A stretch of 55,864 bases of DNA from Selaginella moellendorffii (taxonomy: Eukaryota; Plantae; Lycopodiophyta), in NCBI RefSeq assembly GCF_000143415.4, contig NW_003314263.1, forward strand, positions 2,182,655-2,238,518, read 5' to 3'. The notes beneath the pieces are model-generated. The model ran no database searches. It saw nothing but the letters and a program-made list of their open reading frames with translations, and was not told the DNA's origin. Below, piece by piece: positions 50,568 through 55,864 of this stretch. The translations under genes and the position numbers were made by a program. Within the stretch, counting starts at the first letter, position 1; each line of letters begins with the position of its first letter.

Positions 50568-53500
50568 CGTGGTCAACAATTGTACAATGCTAGATCTAGT
50601 GCCAGGAACAATGTTTTTAATTCAAAATAGTGATTTGAACAAATGGTATAGTGTGACTTAGTCAAGGTGACCAAGTGAAGACATATAAGGGAAATAAGCT
50701 ATGACAATGCGATCGTATAGTGAGTCCAAAAAGTAATCTCTAAGAAAGACCCAAGGGAAGGTCAAAAAGTTAAATTGTGGATAGAGCTCACAATAGAAAA
50801 TGCTAAAGAGATTTATTAAGGGGTAAATACCCTTTATACTTAACAAAGCAAGATCTTTACTATAGAACTGAAAGGATATCTCAAGAATGGAGATAGTGAT
50901 TTTATGTTGCTTGATGTAACAATCAAAAGATAATAGCAAAATATTAGTGGCTAAAAATGGGCCATATAAATCATTAAAAGGAATGTAAATAACAAGTTAG
51001 GTCAGGAACCACCAGATGCATGCTAACAAATTGTGAGAAAAGAAATATATTTCTAAGGATGAATTCCCATATGCTCTAATGTGGTAAATACAAAACCTCT
51101 AAAAGATGGAGTAGCAAAGTAGCCAAATAATAAGATTATAGACAATCTTAGCACAAATTATGGATAAATGGAACTTAGTACCTAAGGTGGCACGAAGTAA
51201 AAAAGAGGATGATGGTGCCCTTAATTGAAGGACTTCCTAGGATGGGGAAGTGGAGTTTGCACAAAATGTGCAATGTAAGGTATTGAAGACATCGAAGAAA
51301 TTAACTCAAGAAGTCAATATCATAGTTCTAAAGTATGATGGTTATGTTGATGGAGGCTAGGGCTACTCTAGAATGAGTAGTAAGATTGAGATAGAGAATG
51401 TGTCTATAATAGGTTTAGTGAGAACTAAACGAACAAAGGGAAAGAACTATCATATGTGATCTAATGAGACTTTAAGTTGAAGAGATTATGCTCCTTAGTG
51501 GATGAGAGAGGCATGGTGTGCCTTTAGTGACAAACCATTGACAAATATTGGCTTGGTGCTAAGGATGAAAATGATGATCCATGATAGGTTTACTTAATAA
51601 AATGGTTTATTATTCGATGAGGATATTAAACTTCATCTATAGATGATGGAGTTGTGAGACACAAATCCTTAAGTCCCAAAGTGGAGCCACGTGGTAGTGG
51701 TTGAACCAAAAGCCAAATGAATGTAACATGTTTGGACTAAAAGCTCTAACTTGAAAAGTTAAGAGCAGGAGTGAAACTCCCAACGAAGTGCTTAAGGATC
51801 AAATACGAAGCAATCAATAAGAAAGCCTCTAGAAAAGGGATATAAGAGGACTAACATATGACACATGGAAGTGTCAAGTTGGAGTCTGAGATGGACCCAA
51901 GATGAAGTTCGAGATGGACTTCAAGTTGGAGTCCGAAATGGACCTAAGATGGAGTCTGAGATGGACTCTGAGTTAAAATCTACAATGGACCCGAGTTAGC
52001 GTAAAAGTCGGAGTCTGAGATGGAGTCCGAGATAACTTGACAAGGAGTCTAGGATAGAGTCTGGCCTGGAGCCCGAGGTTGAATTCCGAAATGCAAACCA
52101 AGATTAAGACCAAGACCGAGACGGAGTCGAAGATCAAGACCGAGACCAAGACTTAGACCGAGACCGAGACCGAAACTGAGACCAAGTTTGAGTCTGAGTC
52201 TGAGTCCGAGTCCAAGGGTGAAAGCCCAAAGTGATCATCTCCCGGGTTTAGTGAGCTCCAAAAGTATAGTAAGAGGAGGACTCCAGTGGAACTAGTTTAA
52301 TCAGAAAAGGCCAATGTGACCAAGGAAGGGTATACCCACGTGGTGGGTGATGATATAATTACTAAGGAGTCCAAGGCTAGAGTGAATACAGACGGATAAG
52401 TGGGGTAACTTGGTGAAGTGTTGAAGAGCCAGCTCTAGCTCCCCTAGGAGATCGAATAGTCAATAGTCCAAATCCAAGTATGGGTGGCACTACCTACTTA
52501 GACACCTAATGTGGCTCATTAGAACCTTACTCTAGTCACATGGCTAGGGCACCTAAAAGAGGAAAGTGGGGAGAGTACCCACAAGGCTCGCATAGAGCTA
52601 TAGTGTTTCAAAATATCATTTTGAAATCTTGAATTGTGGAAAGGAAGAGGAGTAATCCTCTTGCATAGTGACCAAGGGCATGGTCACGTGGTGAGGAGGT
52701 CCCAAGGGTCAATAGGACTTAGTAGTTGGGCCTTCAAGCCCTAACTCAATAGTGGTGTTGGCGAGCACTGCCATGGACAGAGTGGGACTTGGTAAGGCAA
52801 TGGAGGGATATTAGGGAAGGGTGTTCCTTATATCTCTAGGCATCTTAACAATGCTAAATTGTGGTTAAAGGATGATTATTCATGGATAGATGGCCTAGTC
52901 TTTAGGAGATAGGTCTGTGGTATAGTTGGTTTTGGACTACTAATGAGATGAAGGTGAATAGACATAGCTTTAGTGTAACAGGTTGATATATCAATGGTAC
53001 CTTTGGAGTGTCGATCATAGGATCAGACACATGGAGCACTAAAACCAAGTGCAAAGGTTGAGTGGTATATATACTATTCTTGAGACTAGCATGTTCCTAA
53101 GTTGAGAATAAGACTTATAGAGGTTGTGAGTGAGACTCTTTGAAATAGTCAAAGGTGTGGTTAAGTGACTAAAGTAGAATGAAAAATTTAATCACTTACA
53201 TCAATAAGATAAATAGAAAAGAATCAAAAGATCTGAAGAATTAAAAGATCTTCATCAATTTTCTCCTTAATAAGCAATAGCATCATACTAAGAGGAGCTC
53301 AAGTGATGGCAACCTTGGTCAATCAAGAGACACTCTTTCTCTCCAATTGAAGCTATAATCCTTAAGAACCACTTGTAGGTTTATATTAGATGTAGAGGTG
53401 GTGTGCCCAAAGCTAGCTTACTTTAAAGTAAATAATGCATTCTTCTCAATGATATTTTACAGATTGCCTTATACAATGCAATATAATGGTAGAGATATGT

Positions 53501-54031
53501 AAACTATTTTCTTAGATTTTTAGTTCAATATAGATGTATAGTTAATATATATTAAATCTTGAATCTAGTGTATATGTTACATGATGAAAAATCATAACTT
53601 ACAATCTAAATAATATTTGGAAGTTATATCCAAAAATTCTAAATTAATAGAGAAATAAGGTCAAATTTTATTTAACTTTAATGGACCTTCCATTAGGCCA
53701 TTTGTTTTCCTACAAATGCTTAATGCTAGAAGTTTTCAATTACAATAAGTATATATTGTATATACTTAACTTAATATATTTTATAATTTATATAATTTAA
53801 TAGTCTATAAATTATGGTAATTTTCTGTGTATATAATATAAACAAAATATTATGACTATATTATATTGGATTATATTTGATTAAGTTATCTTTTATAAAA
53901 AATAAAAAATACTCTTAGCAAGAAAACTATATTAGTAAAATATAATTAATAATTTTATTATTTAAGATTATTTTAATTATTAAGAGGTAAATATATAATT
54001 ATAAATACAATAGTTTCTTGAAACAATTTCA

Positions 54032-54035
<4 letters not shown>

Positions 54036-54113
<78 letters not shown>
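54036..54113. repeat. Compound (TA)n(GA)n microsatellite just upstream of the lectin-fusion gene
   Basis: Directly visible. Confidence 0.95.
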
Positions 54114-54115
<2 letters not shown>

Positions 54116-54155
54116 ATACATATATAATTTATATAGATTGCTTTAATTATAAGAT

Positions 54156-55013
54156 ATGATTACTACTACAGATGAGTATCATGTATATTTTGCATATCAA
54201 GGAGCTCTAACAGCAATGAATATAGATCCTGTTATTATTGTTAGTGCTCTTATAAATTTCATTGCAATTTCACTTCCTTCAGGAGGACACACACTAATAG
54301 ATTCTATGCCAACAATGGCCTTTACTATAGAAGGGAGGGATTTAACAATTGATTTAAGTGTTTTTATATTTTCAAATGTTTTAAATTGTGGTGCTGATTC
54401 TCAAGGAACACAATTAGTTGAAAATGATAGAGTACTGGATGTACTTACAAGAGCTAGTAGAGAAATTATCCCGATTATTTTAAGCAATAGAGCAGCACAT
54501 TTTCTAACAGTTATTTTTGATCCAGAGGTTGGAATATTTGGTTTATTATATAGTATAAGAGGTTATTTCCCAAATTCTCCATCTAGTACTACACTATTAA
54601 CAAAAGTTTCTTACTCCTGTAACCCATTGAATACTAGACTTATAAGTGGGTATAAGGACATGTCATTGGCAACATTAAAAATTGGACAAGAATTAATTGA
54701 TTATTCAAAACTTTTTACAATAATTATGCAATATGATTGTAATGTTGTATTTTATATTGCTACTAATGCTTTTTGGAGTACAAAAACATATGGGAAAAGT
54801 TTTGATTGTAACTTGAGAATGCAAGAAGATGGAAATCTTGTTTTATATGGAGCTTTTGATATAAATAATTACTGGTCAAGTGGAAGTTATTGTAGAAGCT
54901 ATAATTGTGTTATGCTATCAATATTTCATGTTCAAAAGGATTGTAATTTATTAGTTTCTAAGGATGGAATTCCAAATAAAACAACGTGGCAAAGTGGTTT
55001 AAGTTGTACATAA
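54156..55013 (+). CDS. 285-aa intronless protein: unrecognised N-terminal domain + C-terminal bulb-type (GNA/B-) lectin domain
   Basis: Three QxDxNxVxY-type motifs (QYDCNVVFY, QEDGNLVLY, degenerate QKDCNLLVS) with following W-S motifs (FWST, YWSS, TWQS). No obvious signal peptide. Confidence 0.85.
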   Translation: MITTTDEYHVYFAYQGALTAMNIDPVIIVSALINFIAISLPSGGHTLIDSMPTMAFTIEGRDLTIDLSVFIFSNVLNCGADSQGTQLVENDRVLDVLTRASREIIPIILSNRAAHFLTVIFDPEVGIFGLLYSIRGYFPNSPSSTTLLTKVSYSCNPLNTRLISGYKDMSLATLKIGQELIDYSKLFTIIMQYDCNVVFYIATNAFWSTKTYGKSFDCNLRMQEDGNLVLYGAFDINNYWSSGSYCRSYNCVMLSIFHVQKDCNLLVSKDGIPNKTTWQSGLSCT

Positions 55014-55864
55014 TAAAGTTTTTATTATAAATAAAGTCTAGTATTTTAAATAATTTTGTCTAGACTGATTCATGTCTGATTAAATTTTCATTATTTGATA
55101 TAATAATGCCGCTAAGCACATTAAAACGTTGATATTGTCAATGAATATTATTAGTTTCATTTTATGTTTAGATAAAAAAATTTGAGCAATAATTAAATAT
55201 ATAAAACTTATAATTGAAAATGAAAATAAATAGAAATATGTTGTACTTTGCCCTTATTATTGTTATTATATTACTATATAAATAAGTTGTATTGTATGCT
55301 CTTACTATGTTATTATATTACTCTACTAAACTTAGATAGTATCTTAAATGGACATCCATAAGTTGGTTTAAATGCCAATCACTACATATTTTTTTAAATC
55401 TTCTTAAGTATAATTTATCTAGTTAAAATATAAACATATAAAATGAATTATTTTTCTCTAAATATTTTCTATAATATCATATATATATATATATTTTTTT
55501 TTTATATATTTTTATATATTATATATAAAAAAACACACACACATAAGGCTATATATATTTCTTTTAAAAATAATCAATTCCAAAATTAGTAGTTATATTT
55601 ATATTGTAATATTTCTTTATTTATTTCTATTTTTTAGGATAATGTCTTTATCTAGTAAACACTTGATGATGGTTTAGTAGAAGGCTTCTAGAGGGTCTTA
55701 TGATATAGTTTATATGATAATTTTTTTAGTGTAAATAAGTTCTTTTTAAATTATAGATTTATATTGTAATAAATTTTCAAAGTTATATTAATTTTTAAAT
55801 AATTTACCATTTAGAGTTTTGGAAATTAATAATAAATTGCTACATGTTGCATGTAGCAATACTG

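Larger units (their letters stand above)
33295..53200 (+). mobile_element. Old copy of the long-LTR non-autonomous (LARD-like) element; outermost member of a nested stack
   Basis: 5' LTR from 33295 is truncated near 34240 by a deletion removing the LTR end and PBS. 3' LTR is 51653-53200, preceded by PPT gatgatggagt. TSD TCAAT (33290-94 / 53201-05). Internal region 34240-35337 + 49561-51652 is homologous to 38601-41720. Confidence 0.85.

Overview
Plant genomic DNA. The very short (~50-75 nt) introns and the compact GC-rich gene island between AT-rich TE blocks suggest a lycophyte such as Selaginella (inference). A gene island at ~6.5-23.5 kb holds five genes: a conserved coiled-coil gene with a GC-AG intron (plus an inverted pseudogene copy), a WEB/DUF827 coiled-coil gene, a large P-class PPR gene, a clade-II serine carboxypeptidase-like gene and a mitochondrial adrenodoxin-type ferredoxin. 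Most of the rest is LTR retroelements whose nesting can be resolved from target-site duplications (TSDs). These include 5S-rRNA-bearing Cassandra TRIMs (one a 3-LTR tandem array), a long-LTR non-autonomous (LARD-like) family in several age classes, a chromodomain Ty3/Gypsy element with an apparent self-priming PBS, and solo LTRs. Both window ends carry paralogous intronless, very AT-rich genes encoding an unrecognised ~140-aa N-terminal domain fused to a bulb-type (GNA) mannose-binding lectin domain. The best novelty candidates are this domain-lectin fusion family and a five-hairpin, double T-loop RNA-like module inside the non-autonomous LTR element.
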